Assembly: GCA_051294375.1 (NCBI GenBank) | Contig: CM119265.1 | Span: 19,519,642-19,583,641, forward strand | Reading direction: 5' to 3' | DNA: 64,000 nt | Source: Paraspadella gotoi | Lineage: Eukaryota; Animalia; Chaetognatha | Shown: positions 27,487-41,500 of the stretch, piece after piece | Position numbering within the stretch: the first letter of the stretch is position 1 | How the letters are laid out: every line of letters starts with the position of its first letter | Position numbers and translations under genes: made by a program | Notes under the pieces: model-generated | What the model was told of the DNA's origin: nothing | Databases searched by the model: none | Seen by the model: only the letters and a program-made list of their open reading frames with translations

Positions 27487-28069
27487 GAGTGGGAAGAAGG
27501 TATTAATGTTATTTGAAAAGAGAAAAAAAATGCCATGTCAAGGCCGTTGTATTTTTTAAAAAACTGTAATCTTCTTCATTTTTATGTCGAAAAATTCTAG
27601 CTTGTTTACACTGACCTAGATCATAATTTTTTTTATTAGTTTTAAGTCTTGGCAAGATCTGCTATTCGCTGGTTGAACCGTCATTATATTCTCGCCTTAA
27701 ATCTGGAACATAGTTGCTCCTGCCTTCCAGGTGTTTAACTGTTTTTAATATTATCTTTGTGAACTTATTAACAACTGAGTTATTGCATAAATTTGTATTC
27801 TGGTCATATATGATTTACATCTTTGGCAAGATTTTTGAAATTCCATGAGCAACTATGGACAGCTGGCTTTTTTATGAAGTTTGTAATAAGCAAAACAGTT
27901 AGCCTCATACTACAAAAATATTTAAAGATGCTTTTTTAAAATAAAAATTAAAATCGAATAGACGAGTAAAAAGTGTCAAAAAGGCAGATTATTGTTCCCT
28001 GTAGTAATTCAACTCTAACACTATTTATTCATCAAATTCTATAATTTAGTGTACTTTGTAAATAAAAAC

Positions 28070-29167
28070 ATCATCTCGATTTTTTTGCAAGACCCCAAAC
28101 AATGAGGCCCTAATCCGAAATAAGATTTTTCAAAAACTCGACGCTCCTTAATTTCGCCCGCTTTTCGATCGCCACATCTCCACAAAACGTTTCCTCCATA
28201 ATTCGAGTATTCCTGAATGCGCGTCCACCCACCTTAACAGATCAACATTGGTCGAAATTTACACAAACATTGGAGATTTCTCGAAAAGAAATTATTCTTA
28301 AAAGGAAGAAAATAGAAATGAAGTGAAAAAGATAAAAAGCTGACTTCTTGGTGATGGAACAGACGACATGCCCTCCCGGTTTGACGGCGTCAAGAATGAA
28401 GTCCCAACGCATCGATGTGGAATGTGTCCATCGGCGAACCGCCGACCATGGTTGCAACGTTCGTAGGACTCCTGGAAAAAAAAAGAACAAAAGTATTATG
28501 GCTTACAGCCGGGTTGCCTGTGATGCCCATTGGGAAAGGGGCATATCACTGTTGGCTTTGGGGGCTTCCGAACGCCTCCTGTCACTGGCGCGGTTACGCC
28601 AAGGACGGTCTCGGCTTGCACGCAGAGGGAAGTCGTCAGGACTGTGGATGGAGCAACTACGCCGGGATCGGTGTGGTCCCCTCGTGAGCCAATGGATTTG
28701 GCTGAACGACGAGGATGTGAGCGGGTGTGAATATCGCCACGTTATCAAAGTTAATGTTAATATAATAAAGTTTTAAACGCCTAACACCTTCTCGAACGGC
28801 AACTCCCGCCCGCCTCCGATGAACCCGAGATGGAGGAGAAGTTGTCGTAAACTTTCTCTCCGCGCGAACGCTCATCATTTCCGGAGACGCGTCGACGGCG
28901 AGTCGACTGTGATGAGGGCGTCGAGGCCAGGCGGCGCGCAGGCATTGACCCACGCATCCTGTTATCCTGAAGACGGGTCGGTGAATGAAGGGCAGAGTTT
29001 GGGAAGAAGTGGGAAGGGGAGAAGAAGACGATGAAAAGAAATAGAGAGGAAAAGGAAAGCATGTTTTTAAAAATAAACGAGAAAAGAAAGAAAGAAAGAA
29101 AGAAAGAAAGAATAAAAGAAATAAAGAAAGAAAGAAAGAAAGAAGAAAAGAAGAAAGAGAGAAAGAA

Positions 29168-29198
<31 letters not shown>

Positions 29199-29215
29199 AT
29201 ACTAAATATAATTAA

Positions 29216-29246
<31 letters not shown>

Positions 29247-29543
29247 ATTAATTAATTAACTAATTATTAATTAATTAATTAATTAAATTAAAAATAAAGA
29301 AAGACGAGCAAATAAATAACAAAAATCAAATACCCGCGCGGCGAAATCGACAATCCTCTCCCCGGCTTTGGTTTTTGACCGTCTCCATGACGAACCCGCG
29401 CGGCGTGCGTCGCGGCCAAGTACCGCGACGCCCGTTGACGGTCTTCGTCGTAATTTGCGTCGCGCCAACTTTTGTAGAGGAGTGTGGACTTCGTCTTGCG
29501 GTTTGCCCCAGATCGGAGCATTCGTCGGGAAGATGGCGGACAT
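28070..29543 (-). pseudogene. Mirror, frameshift-ridden copy of the methyltransferase gene (probably an assembly artefact)
   Basis: MSAIF...AGERIVDFAA and AVDASPEMMSV fragments lie in shifting frames within the right arm of palindrome 1. Confidence 0.7.
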
Positions 29544-30554
29544 GGCGTTGGCGCTTGAGGGAAGAGTTGGTTCTGGAGGCGTGGTTTCCGGAATTTAAAA
29601 AAAGAGTAAGGGAGAGTCTGAAGAGAGGGCATTAGTTGAGATTAACCGGTTTTATAAAACTCAGTTTAAACGTTTAAAACTTTTTTTTTTAAAAAACGAT
29701 GAGTTTTGAGCTGAAATTCGTGAATTTCATCGACAAAATTATCGATTAAATCGTAAATGAAAAAGAAGTCAATTCACTATTACAAAATTGAGATAGCAAA
29801 AATTCACGATTTCCTGTGACGAAAATTGAAAGACGACGTTTCGTCTGCTTTTTCTTTGGACCTAGATATAGAAAAGAAGCTAAGACGATACACGGGGCAA
29901 AAGTTCAAAAACAGTTTAAATCCGTCAACGATTTTATGATTTTAAGTAGTTTTGCAGAAAAAAGAAAGAAGAACTAATAATCGAAAGTTTAACAAATTTT
30001 TAAACAACATGAGCTAAGTAAGAATGTTCACCTTGTTTTTTCATATGTTTAAAATCGAGTTTGTTTTTAGTTGCGCCGGCGAGTACTCGCGAAGAACTCT
30101 ATAAGTCACTTTTTGGTCGGGTCGGTCGGGTCGGTCCCATTAAGTTAATTTGTATTTAAAAATGCATATAGTTGAATTACTCATTTGTTAAGACAGAAAA
30201 AAAAAATCTAAGGGACTGTAGGCCGGCTTAAGGAACTAAAACTATAAGAATAAAAAGACAGAATTTTGATGCAGTGCAGGTCATTAAATTAATTGGCAAA
30301 AGAAAGTTTGTTAGTCATATGCATGTCATGTAATATGTGATGAAGAGGAAATACACTGCGGCGCACACACTGGAATTACCGTTCTTGTTTCCAGGATTAT
30401 CACATAACTGGTCTGGTGATATTGTCCTCGAGACAAAAATAAAGAGAAGCGAAGCAGGCAATACTCTGTAACCGACTGGAAGTCAAATTTATTTTTCTTT
30501 TCGATCTTCTTCGCCCTTCTTAAGCATTTTTTATGTCACTTTATATTTTTCTCT

Positions 30555-30585
<31 letters not shown>

Positions 30586-31303
30586 ATCGATCTCTATCTC
30601 TCTCTCTCTCTCTCGTCTCTCTACTCTCTCTCTCTTTCTCTCTCTCTCCCTCTCCGAAAACAGGGAGTCCAAGAATGAAACCTCGTTTTGGCCAGAGAGG
30701 TCGGGGTCAGTCGTAGGCGGCCCCCGTCGGCCCTCAGTCCCAGAAGTCAAATAAATCAATTTGATTCTCGTTAATGTCTGCTTTTTTATGCTCCATACAT
30801 TTTTTCTCAAATATTTTATGAGGCTCCGGCTCGTCTGAACTCTACGGTTCACCTTCCTCGTCACGAAACGTGTAGAAAATAAATTTAGAATTTGCCCAAA
30901 TCGAAAAAAAAATGAAACAAATAAAAGCAACACTTATTCACTAAAAAAAAAACATATTTTTTTCTTATTTTGCCTAAATAATAACTGTTATAACTATAAT
31001 TGAGTTGTTTTCTATGATGATGTAGAACAAGTATTAAATATTATTGAAAAACTAATTGCTTATTTATTTCGAACATTTTTTAAAAGTTTACTTAATGAGG
31101 CTTTGTACTTATTTTCCCCCTAATTCTCATTCGACCGTATACTTTCCCCGCTTGCCCTCTTTCTTACCACATCCTTTTCCCCTTCCTCGACGGGTCCGCT
31201 TTTTCATGCTCCCCATGATCCTTCCATTACCGACCCCACCCCAACCCCAACCCCAACCCCAACCCACACGAGTCTTAANNNNNNNNNNNNNNNNNNNNNN
31301 NNN

Positions 31304-32448
31304 AGTTGACGGGGCTGTTCTGGACGCCCTAAATAAAACGTCAAAAAATCATTAATTAATAAAACGTTAATAGATTTTTTTTTTGAACTTACGACGTTAC
31401 AGTGGATTACCTCCAGCAAGGTCTCCGACTGCCACCAGGTGTTACGTTGCATGTCCACGGCGAAACCGGGCGGGTGCGAATCCGGTCCGCATGACCCGCA
31501 GTCATTCGACACCACTCCGTCTGGGGGTGTTGGGAGTTGGTAGCAAAAGTTACAGAATCGCATTGTACAATATACAGTTTTTCCAAGCTTTGCCCAAGTG
31601 GAACTAGTGATTTCATTGTTTTTTCAGAGAAATAAATGCACAAATTATTTAAAAATTCATGTACGAATGAAGTTTCAGAAGTGACAACACATTGTTATCA
31701 ATCTTGCGTAGTAGTAGAGTAGTTTTTAGTTTTCAGTTGTTTGTGTTATTGTCGCTATTAATAGAGACATTCCTTACTTTTCCTTTTGCAAAATCGCGTA
31801 GTCGGAGAACCGCACGTGTTCGTAGATGCGACGGTCGCGTTAAAAGCCGCATTTTCAAACTCGGGAACGCAGAATTTGGACAGCGACTGTGTGAGAAAGG
31901 GAGACAAAGTCTTTTTTCTATCCTCTCCCTTGTTCTGTACAGTCATGTGCAAAAAAATCGGGTCACTTTAAATTTAGACTTTAAAAAAAATACTATGTAT
32001 ATATTTAAATTTTTTTTTAAATTTAAAAATAAATTAAAGTTTATTTAAAGTTCAAGCGTTTAGCATAAATTTTATTAAAATCTGGCTATCCGATAAGGAG
32101 CAGTGATTTTTTTAAAATAAAGCACTCCACCACAAAGCTAAAAATAAAAAAAAAATCTGTTAAATTGCAGATTAATCTTTTTATTCTGATATTTTGTATT
32201 CTTTGTAATAGATTAAAAATTAAGAAAATACTCTGGACATCCAGAGGGATAGCTTAATAATTCGATTGACCCAGATCCCTAGATAATAATTTTAAAATTA
32301 TTAAAATGAACAACCAATATAATATATATAATTATTAAAAAAGGTTTTTTTGCACATGAATGTAAATTTTAACTTCAAAAACTTTAACTTTTATGTATCG
32401 TTAATGCGTTTATAAACATCGAAATAATATTTAACTACGTATCTCTTC

Positions 32449-32510
<62 letters not shown>

Positions 32511-33002
32511 TTTATATAATTTACTATACTCATTATCCTTGAAACTGTATAAAATTTAATTAAATTTTAATTAGATACACATCGTTTCAGTAATATAGAC
32601 CTGGATACAAATTCATGTACTTAAGGGTTACGACTAAGACTATAAAAAAATTCTTAAATTCATTTTGCTTTTCTTTTTTTCTTTTTCTGTAGATTTCGTC
32701 ACGTTTGGAGCAGAATTATTTATATTTAACAAAATTACCTAATTAACAATAATTAAAATCTAAAAATAAAAATAATACCTAATGAAAAATTTTTTAAAAA
32801 ATTGATTTCTTGGCGTTTAATAAGAAAAGTCAAAAAGAGAGAAGGTTGACCCTCTCCACTTGACGACTTTCTTAATTTCTATCTCAACCCTCGTTCTTAT
32901 ATTTCCTACCTTCTCTTCTACGGGGGCGTAGCAACCGTCCGCTCCTCGCCGGAAGTCTGCTCCGAGGAAAAAAAATAACATCCAGAACGAAACGCCCTTC
33001 AT
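31304..33002 (-). CDS. Laminin gamma/netrin-related gene, 5' part (signal peptide and start of LN domain). Exons 33002-32910, 31886-31778, 31520-31411, 31328-31304 (runs into gap)
   Basis: MKGVSFWMLFFFLGADFRRGADGCYAPVEEK|SLSKFCVPEFENAAFNATVASTNTCGSPTTRFCKRK|NGVVSNDCGSCGPDSHPPGFAVDMQRNTWWQSETLLE|GVQNSPVN. Phases are consistent. C.PEF.NAAF...TNTCG and TWWQS are laminin-gamma LN hallmarks. Confidence 0.85.
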
Positions 33003-34649
33003 CGCGACTCCTTTTCAAAGAAAAAAAAAGAACATCGGAAAAAAAAATAATAAACAGGAAATTTCCCTGTCAACCGGATCGTAAAACAAAATGATTAAAA
33101 GAATTTAGAAATAAAAAAAAAGAAGATGAGACGATGATTCTCTCCGGGGACGAAAAGACGATCCCTGTGAAGAGATTTTCACGAGGCTTCGTGATTAATA
33201 CTCTTGTCTCTGCAACGGACCTCAAAAATCGAGACCCGACTAATTAAAAACAAAACGAGAACTAACGAGATTAAGAAGGACGAACGCTCCACCGGTCAGC
33301 CGCCCGCTAAAAAACACTTTTTTTTTTTATTATTATGAAATTTTTGAGAAGCTTCGAAAACGATAAATCGGCGAATGAATTAAAAGTGACAATCGACGAT
33401 TATGACCTCGAGGTAACAAGTTTTTTTTTTTAAATTTTTTTGAAGGGAAATGATTCATGCGGAATAATGAGTATGATTACGTCGCTCAAAAAGACAAAAA
33501 AAAAAGAAATGTGATATTGAGGAGCGCCGTAAAAGTGAACCATATCCTGAGACGAGAGCTTCCGCTGGAACGGGCGTGAGGTGGAGCTAGACCTGATTAA
33601 AGGTGACGCGGGCAAAATGGCAAAATGTCTCGCGGAATTAAAATGTCCACAAATTTCATCGGGAAAGAGTCAAAAAAGTTTTCGTTCGTCCTGCAAACGG
33701 GGCGACGTTTGAAGACGTTTGAAGACGCTTGAAGACGGAACTGGACGTTGACGGTCGCCACCTCATTGACGCCGAAAGTGCAATAACGATGGGAAATCAT
33801 TTCCGTCGAGAAAAGTGATTCTGAAGCCAGACAAAAGTAACGACAGAAAAAATAAATCACAAATTAGCGACAATAAATACTAGTTCACACTCGACGTGAT
33901 AAAAAGGACAGATGTTTTAAAAGCGTCAAAGGTAATTAAAACTGATTTTTCCGAAGCGTTCAAAATTTAAAAAAAAAAAAAAAAAATACAAAAATGCAAA
34001 GTGACCAAAGTTGTGGTTTTGTTTTTATAAAGAGCAAAGAACTAGAAACCGTCATTCATCATAAAACCACCGAGCGGACGAGGTGGCGCAGGCCGTCCGA
34101 CGCGGAATATAACGCAATCAACGTCAACGGCGATTGGTGGCGCAGGTGGGGGACGTCTATTTCCTGCTCTCGCCGATCGGCGTCGTTGATGTCTTCGTTG
34201 TTCAGGGATTCCGGTTTCCGTTTGTACTTTGAAAGAAGCAGAAAGGGAAGGAGGAGGAGGAGGTGGAGGAGGAGTATATGGTTCCGTTTACGAGGCAGAG
34301 ACCCTTTTTGTTTCGAGGACAAAATAAATTATTTATTTATTTATGTATTTACTTTTTTATTTATTAATTTATTTACGATTTTTTAAAGATTTTTTACCCC
34401 TTTAACGGTTATCGTAAGACTATATGCAGAAGAATTACTGACTAAGACCCTTTTGGTCCAACGCACTCGTGGTCACGTTCCAGAGCGAACTTTTTTTAGC
34501 TTTCCCATCTTTCAGGAATACCCACTTTTCCAACTGTCCAATACCCACCCTGCTTTTTTTTAAAAGTTTTGTTGTCCGTTTATTGACGCGAATTTGCACA
34601 ACGACCTGGAAATGGACAAAAAAAAATGAGGGGGAGAAAGACAAAGAGC

Positions 34650-34680
<31 letters not shown>

Positions 34681-36631
34681 CTGAAGAAAAAGAAACGTTT
34701 AACTGAAAATAAGTGTAGTTATTACCAAAGAATGGGTCTCAAAGAAAAAAAAAACGATAATAGGAGAGAAAAAAGAAAGAACTTTGTTGAAACGAAACAG
34801 AGAGAGAAAGAGAGGGAGGGAATAAGTGGGATTAGAAGGGGAGAGGTGGAGGTGGGGTGTAAAAGCTCTCTTTTGTTTTCGCGCGATTCCTGCGCTGACG
34901 AGTAAACGAGAATTTTAAAACAAGAGAAAAAAATCAAAATAAAAAAAACTTAAGGTTTTTACTAGAATAGTTGTTGTTGTCTCTGCCGTTTCCGCCACTG
35001 TCGCCGGCGCCGGCGCCGCTGCGTCCTTGAGTGCGAACTGGAATCTCACCGGACTTTTTTAAACTGATTCAATAGGTTCACTTCACTCGTCAATCAGGCG
35101 CCTAGTCATCGCCTGATCTTCTCTCTCTCAATTTTCACGCTGCTTCGAAAGTTTCATCATTTTTCCTCCTTTCAGTTACGCGAAAAATTTCGGTCCAAGT
35201 CACTTGTTTCATGTCCCTCTGACTCAGTCCTCTCCTGTCGTTCCTTTCCTACTATTGACAAACAGTATTATTTTTATTATTATTAATTCATCCTGTCGAT
35301 AATTATTTACATTCCTCGTTCTCCGTTTCCCCACCTTCNNNNNNNNNNNNNNNNNNNNNNNNNNNNNNNNNNNNNNNNNNNNNNNNNNNNNNNNNNNNNN
35401 NNNNNNNNNNNNNNNNNNNNNNNNNNNNNNNNNNNNNNNNNNNNNNNNNNNNNNNNNNNNNNNNNNNNNNNNNNNNNNNNNNNNNNNNNNNNNNNNNNNN
35501 NNNNNNNNNNNNNNNNNNNNNNNNNNNNNNNNNNNNNNNNNNNNNNNNNNNNNNNNNNNNNNNNNNNNNNNNNNNNNNNNNNNNNNNNNNNNNNNNCACA
35601 GTCCCGATATCGTCCCTTAATCGCAAATCCCTTCGTAAACCATTCCAACTATAATCCGCCCCTTCACAAAGCAAAAGAGATTTGGTTTCGTCTATTTGTT
35701 TTTATTTCGAAAGAAATCGAAAGTTTTCACGTTTTTCATCGCTTCTTATAAATGCTTGGACCATTTACCGGTGTCGATTTGATTACTTCGGTCGATGTTT
35801 TTTTTTTTTGTGTTTTTTTTTTGGTTCCTTTTGAAATCTTAAAATAAAAATAAAATAATTCACTTACACGTAAAATATAAAAAGTTTGGGTAGTCCGATG
35901 TCAAGTAATCTAGTAAAAAACCCACTCGAAAGCAAATGCGCACAAGCAGATTGCTCGGTATCAAGCTTTTCTCGTTCCCAATTCGCGTCGACTCTCTTTT
36001 TTCCCTTTCACTAATTTGCCCCCGAGTCCCCGCGGAACTTGATGAATAATTTAAATACTGGATCGAGTTTTATTTAAAGAAGTAAAAAAAAAAAANNNNN
36101 NNNNNNNNNNNNNNNNNNNNNNNNNNNNNNNNNNNNNNNNNNNNNNNNNNNNNNNNNNNNNNNNNNNNNNNNNNNNNNNNNNNNNNNNNNNNNNNNNNNN
36201 NNNNNNNNNNNNNNNNNNNNNNNNNNNNNNNNNNNNNNNNNNNNNNNNNNNNNNNNNNNNNNNNNNNNNNNNNNNNNNNNNGAATGAGAAAACGAGAGGA
36301 TGGAAAGAGAGGATGAATAGAAGATGAGGAGAGGAGAACAAAGATGGATGAGGAGAAACTTAAAAGTGGAAGAAAATGTGAGAAAAAGTACGTAGTACTC
36401 ATGGATGTCTGTGATGAAAGTATAGAGAAATAAGATGGAAGATGAGGACAAAGAAGGTGATGATGATGATGCAGATGATGCAGATGATGATGATGACGAT
36501 GGCGATGGTGTTGACGACGCTTAGGGGAAGGAGGAACACACCTGATCAAAACGAATTCATGAATTATTAAATGTCGCTGAAAAGAAGAGGGAAAAACAGG
36601 CTTTGGCGCCTGAAACACAATAAAGGGAGCA

Positions 36632-36693
<62 letters not shown>

Positions 36694-38566
36694 TTCACAC
36701 TCGTAGAGAGCGAGAAAAAAAACAAAATACCAAAAAAAGTTTTACCTGTTTTCCTTTCATAAAATCGTGATTGAATCGGAAAAAAGAGAAACAGATTTTC
36801 AGCGTCCCTCAGACTTCGAGTCGCGCGAATATCATATCGAGTTGCATGATTGGATCTTTTGAGAGACAAACACGTTCCCATGTTCACGCGTTAACATCCA
36901 CTTAACGTCGACAACGACCTTGAGTTCCCACGAACTCCTCGCCCCAGACGCCCCCTCCCTCTCCACCATTCAGTCAAACCAAACTCAATCGTTTTTCCCC
37001 CTCAATCATCTCCTCTCTTCTCTTGCTCTCTTCCTCCGCTTCCCTCTTCCTCCCTCTTTCCTCTTTTCTTTCAAAAGATCGAAACGATTCATAAACGGGA
37101 GCGAGGATAGTGGTCGCGGGAGTGGACGGGAGTGTTTGTGCTCGTATCGGAAGGGTTGGATCAAAAGGTGACGAGACTATTGGAACACCGGAAGAAAAAG
37201 GGAAGAGGATTCAAGGTCACGGCGCGTCACAGGCGCCAGTGACGCCAGTGACGCCCGTGACGGCCTGGGGAAATTCGTGAGAATCGAGGTCATAGTCGTC
37301 GTAATCGTCGTCATCTTCATCATCATGATCATCAATCATCATCCTCGTCATGAAGGTGGGTCGCACTCGTCGATCGAGTAGTATGTGTCGCTCTTCGGAT
37401 CTTCGAAATCCTGTCGTCGTCGCCGTCGTCGTAACTCATCTTCGTAGCGAGAAGATGAAAATGTTTTTGAAACGTCACGGTCGTCATCGTCGTCGGTGTC
37501 GTCGTCCTGGTCGTCATCGTCGTCGCTATCGTCCTCATGGTCGTCATCGTCCGTCGCTATCGTCGTCATCAACGTCTTCGGTTTCGTCATTTTTTTTATT
37601 TTTTAGTTTTTCAGTGGAGAGAAAAACAATAGAAAAGTCTTTTTTGTTTCTTTCTTCTTGAAGCCGCCGTCGTCGTTGTTGATGTCGTTTGTTGTCGTCG
37701 TAACGGTCTTTGGAAGCTGATGAAAAAACCAATAAACTTTCGGGGAGAAAGAAGAAAGGAGGGGGGGGGGGAGTTAGGAGGAAAAGAAGAAAGAGAGAAA
37801 CAGTTCAATGTTGTCCGTGCGTTCGTGTGTTCGGTCGCTGATTGTTGATATTGTGAGGAGAGTGTGACTTTGAAAAATGTTGAACTGAGTACGGTTGAAG
37901 GCAATTAAGTTTCTCGTGGCCGAAATTACATTAGGATAGGTGCATATGTCATAAAGTAAATTTTACTCTAAAATAAAACGATGAGCATGTTTTACTAAAT
38001 TTACGAGGGGAACTAAAAAACATTTTTTGACAAATTTACGGAGAAAAAAACCATTTTTTTTAATGACGCATATGCTAGGAGACGATAACAATGAGTGATC
38101 GGGATTGAGCAATTCACTTCTTCACTTCACAAACTGATCTTTTCGTTTTGGAGAAAAATTAGATTTTGAATGGTTTTTGAATGTGATTGGATGAAAGAGC
38201 TTTGATCGGCTCTAAAGTGGATGTTAACGCGTGAACATGGGAACGTGTTTGTCTCTCAAAAGATCCAATCATGCAACTCGATATGATATTCGCGCGACTC
38301 GAAGTCTGAGGGACGCTGAAATCTGTTTCTTTTTTCCGATTCCAATCAACGATTTATGAAAGGAAACAGTAAAACTTTTTTTGGTTTTTGTTTCTTTTCT
38401 GCTCTCTACGAGTGTGATCTCTCTCTCTTCTCTCTCCTCTCTCTTCTCTCTCTCTCCTCTTCTTTCTTTCTTTCTTCATCTTTTTCTTTCTTCTCTCTTT
38501 TCTTCTCTTTTCTCTTCTTTTTTTCTTTCTTTTTTCTTTTCTTTTCTTCTTTCTTTCTTTCTCTTC

Positions 38567-38598
<32 letters not shown>

Positions 38599-41500
38599 TT
38601 CTTTCATCTTCTCTCTCTCTCTCTCTCTCTCTTTCGCTTGCTCCCTTTATTGTGTTTTCAGGCGCCAAAGCCTGTTTTTCCCTCTTCTTTTGCGAACAAT
38701 TTTAATTTCATGAATTCGTTTTGATCAGTGTGGTTCCTCCTTCCCTAAAGCGTCGTCAACACCATCGCATGTCATCATCATCATCTGCATCATTCTGCAT
38801 CATCAATCATCACCTTCTTGTCCCTCTCATCTTCATTCTTATTTCTCTCTAATACTATTTCATACAAACAGACATCCATGAGTACTAGTACTTTTTCTCA
38901 CATTTTTTCCACTTTTAAGTTTCTCCTCTTCTCCATCTTTGTTCTCCTCTCCTCATCTTCTATTCATCCTCTTTCCATCCTCTTCGTTTTTCTCATTCCA
39001 CCCCCCCCCCGCCCCCCTCCTCCTTTGTCCTCCTCGACCTGTGCGAGCCAGACTCGGTCCCGAGTTTCACAATGGGTTGTAAATGTAATCCACGCGTGAA
39101 TTTCTCCTCTCGAACGAATTCTTCACTTACCGTCCCGACCTATTTTTTCTTCTTTTTTTTTTTATTCCCCCGGGTTGAACGCAGTTTTTTTAACTGTTTT
39201 CTTTTTTTTTTTTTACATTCTTTAAATAAAACCCTTCGATCAGTATTTAAATTATTCATCAAGTTCCGCGGAGCTCTCGGGGAAATTAAGTGAAAGGAAA
39301 AAGAGAGGTCGACGCGATTGGGAACGAGAAAAGCTTGATACAGAGCAATCTGCTTGTGGCGATTTGCTTTCGAGTGGGTTTTTTTCATCAGATAGAACTT
39401 GACATCGACTACCCAAACTTTTTTATATTTTACGTTGTGTAAGTGAATTATTTTATTTTTATTTTAAGATTTCAAAGGAAACCAAAAAAAAAAACACAAA
39501 AAAAACATCGACCGAAGTAATCAAATCGCAACGGTAATGGTCCAAGCATTTATAAGAAGCGATGAAAAACGTGAAAACTTTCGATTTCTTTCGAAATAAA
39601 AACAAATAGACGAAACCAAATCTCTTTTGCTTTGTGGAAGGGGCGATTATATTTGGAATGGTTACGAAGGGATTTGCGATATAGGGACGATATCGGACTG
39701 TGGACTCAGTAAACACAACAATCGGAGAATAATGGTGATGAGAAGGTTGCTGTGGCTGAAGAAAAAATAAATAATAATTATTCGAAATTGAATTATTATA
39801 AAAAAAAAGAGTAACAAAAAATGAAGGTGGGGAAACGCGAGAACGAGGAATGTAAATAATTATGAACAGATGAATTAATAATATAAAAAAATACTGTTTG
39901 TCAATAGTAGGAGAAGAAACGACGAGAGATCGGACTGAGCAGAGGGACATGAAACAGTGACTTGGACCGAAATTTTTCGGTAACTGAAAGGAGGAAAATG
40001 ATGAAACTTTCGAAGCAGCGTGAAAATTGAGAGAGAGAGAAGATAAGCGCGATGACTAGGCGCCTGCATTGACGAGTGAAGTGAATCATTTGAATCAGTT
40101 TAAAAAAAGTCCGGTGAGATTCCATTCGCACTCAGGGACGCAGCCCGGCGCCGGCGCGGCGAGAGTGGCGGAAAACGGCAGAGACAACAACAACTATTCT
40201 AGTAAAAGTTTTTTTTATTTTGATTTTTTTTCTCTTGTTTTAAAATTCTCGTTTAACTCGTCAGCCGCAGGAATCGCGCGAAAACAAAAAGAGAGCTTTT
40301 AACACCCCCCCCCTCCACCCTCCACCTCTCCCTTACTAATTCCCACTTTTCCCTCCCTCTCTTTCTCTCTCTGTTCGTTTCAACAAAGTTCTTTCTTTTT
40401 CTTCTCCTATTATCGTTTTTTTTTTCTTTGAGAACCCATTCTTGGTATTAACTACACTTATTTTCAGTTAAACCGTTTCTTTTTCTTCAGCGCTTTCTCT
40501 CTCTCTCTCTCCTCTCTCACTCTCTCGCTCTCTCTCTCTCTCGTCTTCTTCGTCCTCTCTCTCCCCTCATTCTTTTATTTTTTTTGTCCATTTCCAGGTC
40601 GTTGTGCAAATTGCCGTCAATAAAACGGACAACAAAATTTTAAAAAAAAAGCAGGGGTGGGTATTGGACAGTTGGAAAAGTGGGTATTCCTGAAAGATGG
40701 GAAAGCTAAAAAAAGTTTTCGCTCTGGAACGTGACCACGAGTGCGTGGACCAAAAGGGTTTAGTCGTAATCTTCTGCATATAGTCTTACGATAACGTTAA
40801 AGGGGTAAAAAATCTTTAAAAAATCGTAAATAAATTAATAAATAAAAAGTAAATACATAAATAAATAATATTTATTTTGTCCTCGAAACAAAGGGTCTCT
40901 GCCTCGTAAACGGAACCATAATACTCCTCCTCCCTCCTCCCCTCTTCGCTTTCTGCTTCTTTCAAAGTACAAAACGGAACCGGAATCCCTGAACAACGCA
41001 AGACATCAACGACGCGATCGGCGAGAGGCAGGAAATAGACGGTCCCCCACTGCGCACCAATCGCCGTTGACGTTGATTGCGTATATAACTTCCGCGTGGA
41101 CGGCCTGGGCACTGGGTCGTCGCTCGGTGGTTTATGATGATGACGGTTCTAGTTCTTTGCTCTCTTTATAAAAAAAAAAACCACTTTGCATTTAGCTTTT
41201 TGTATTTTTTTTTTTTTTAAATTTTGAACGCTTCGGAAAAATCAGTTTTAATTACCCTTTGACGCTTTTAAACATCTGTCCTTATTTATCACAGCGAGTG
41301 TGAACAGTATTTATTGTCGCTAATTTGTGATTTATTTTTTCTGTCGTTACTTTTGTCTGGCTTCAGAATCACTTTTCTCGACGGAAATGATTTCCGATCG
41401 TTATTGTGCACACTTTCGGCGTCAATGAGGTGGCGACCGTCAACGTCCGTTCCGTCTTCAAGCGTCTTCAAACGTCTTCAAAACGTCGCCCCGTTTGCAG

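Larger units (their letters stand above)
18545..31278. repeat. Fold-back palindrome 1: arms about 18545-24747 and 24878-31278, spacer about 130 bp
   Basis: The right arm is the reverse complement of the left (METTL27-like gene at 20240-21650 vs 28070-29543). It carries many 1-nt indels and ends at a 25-N gap. Confidence 0.93.

Noticed and set aside
24878-31278. Genuine inverted gene duplication with pseudogenised paralogues
   Set aside because: Differences are mainly scattered 1-nt indels typical of raw long reads, the arm ends at a 25-N gap, and the split exon reconstructs a single-copy locus.
33300-34650. Short ORFs upstream of the laminin-like gene
   Set aside because: Exon-like in places, but the two arm copies disagree in frame and no consistent model or domain emerged.
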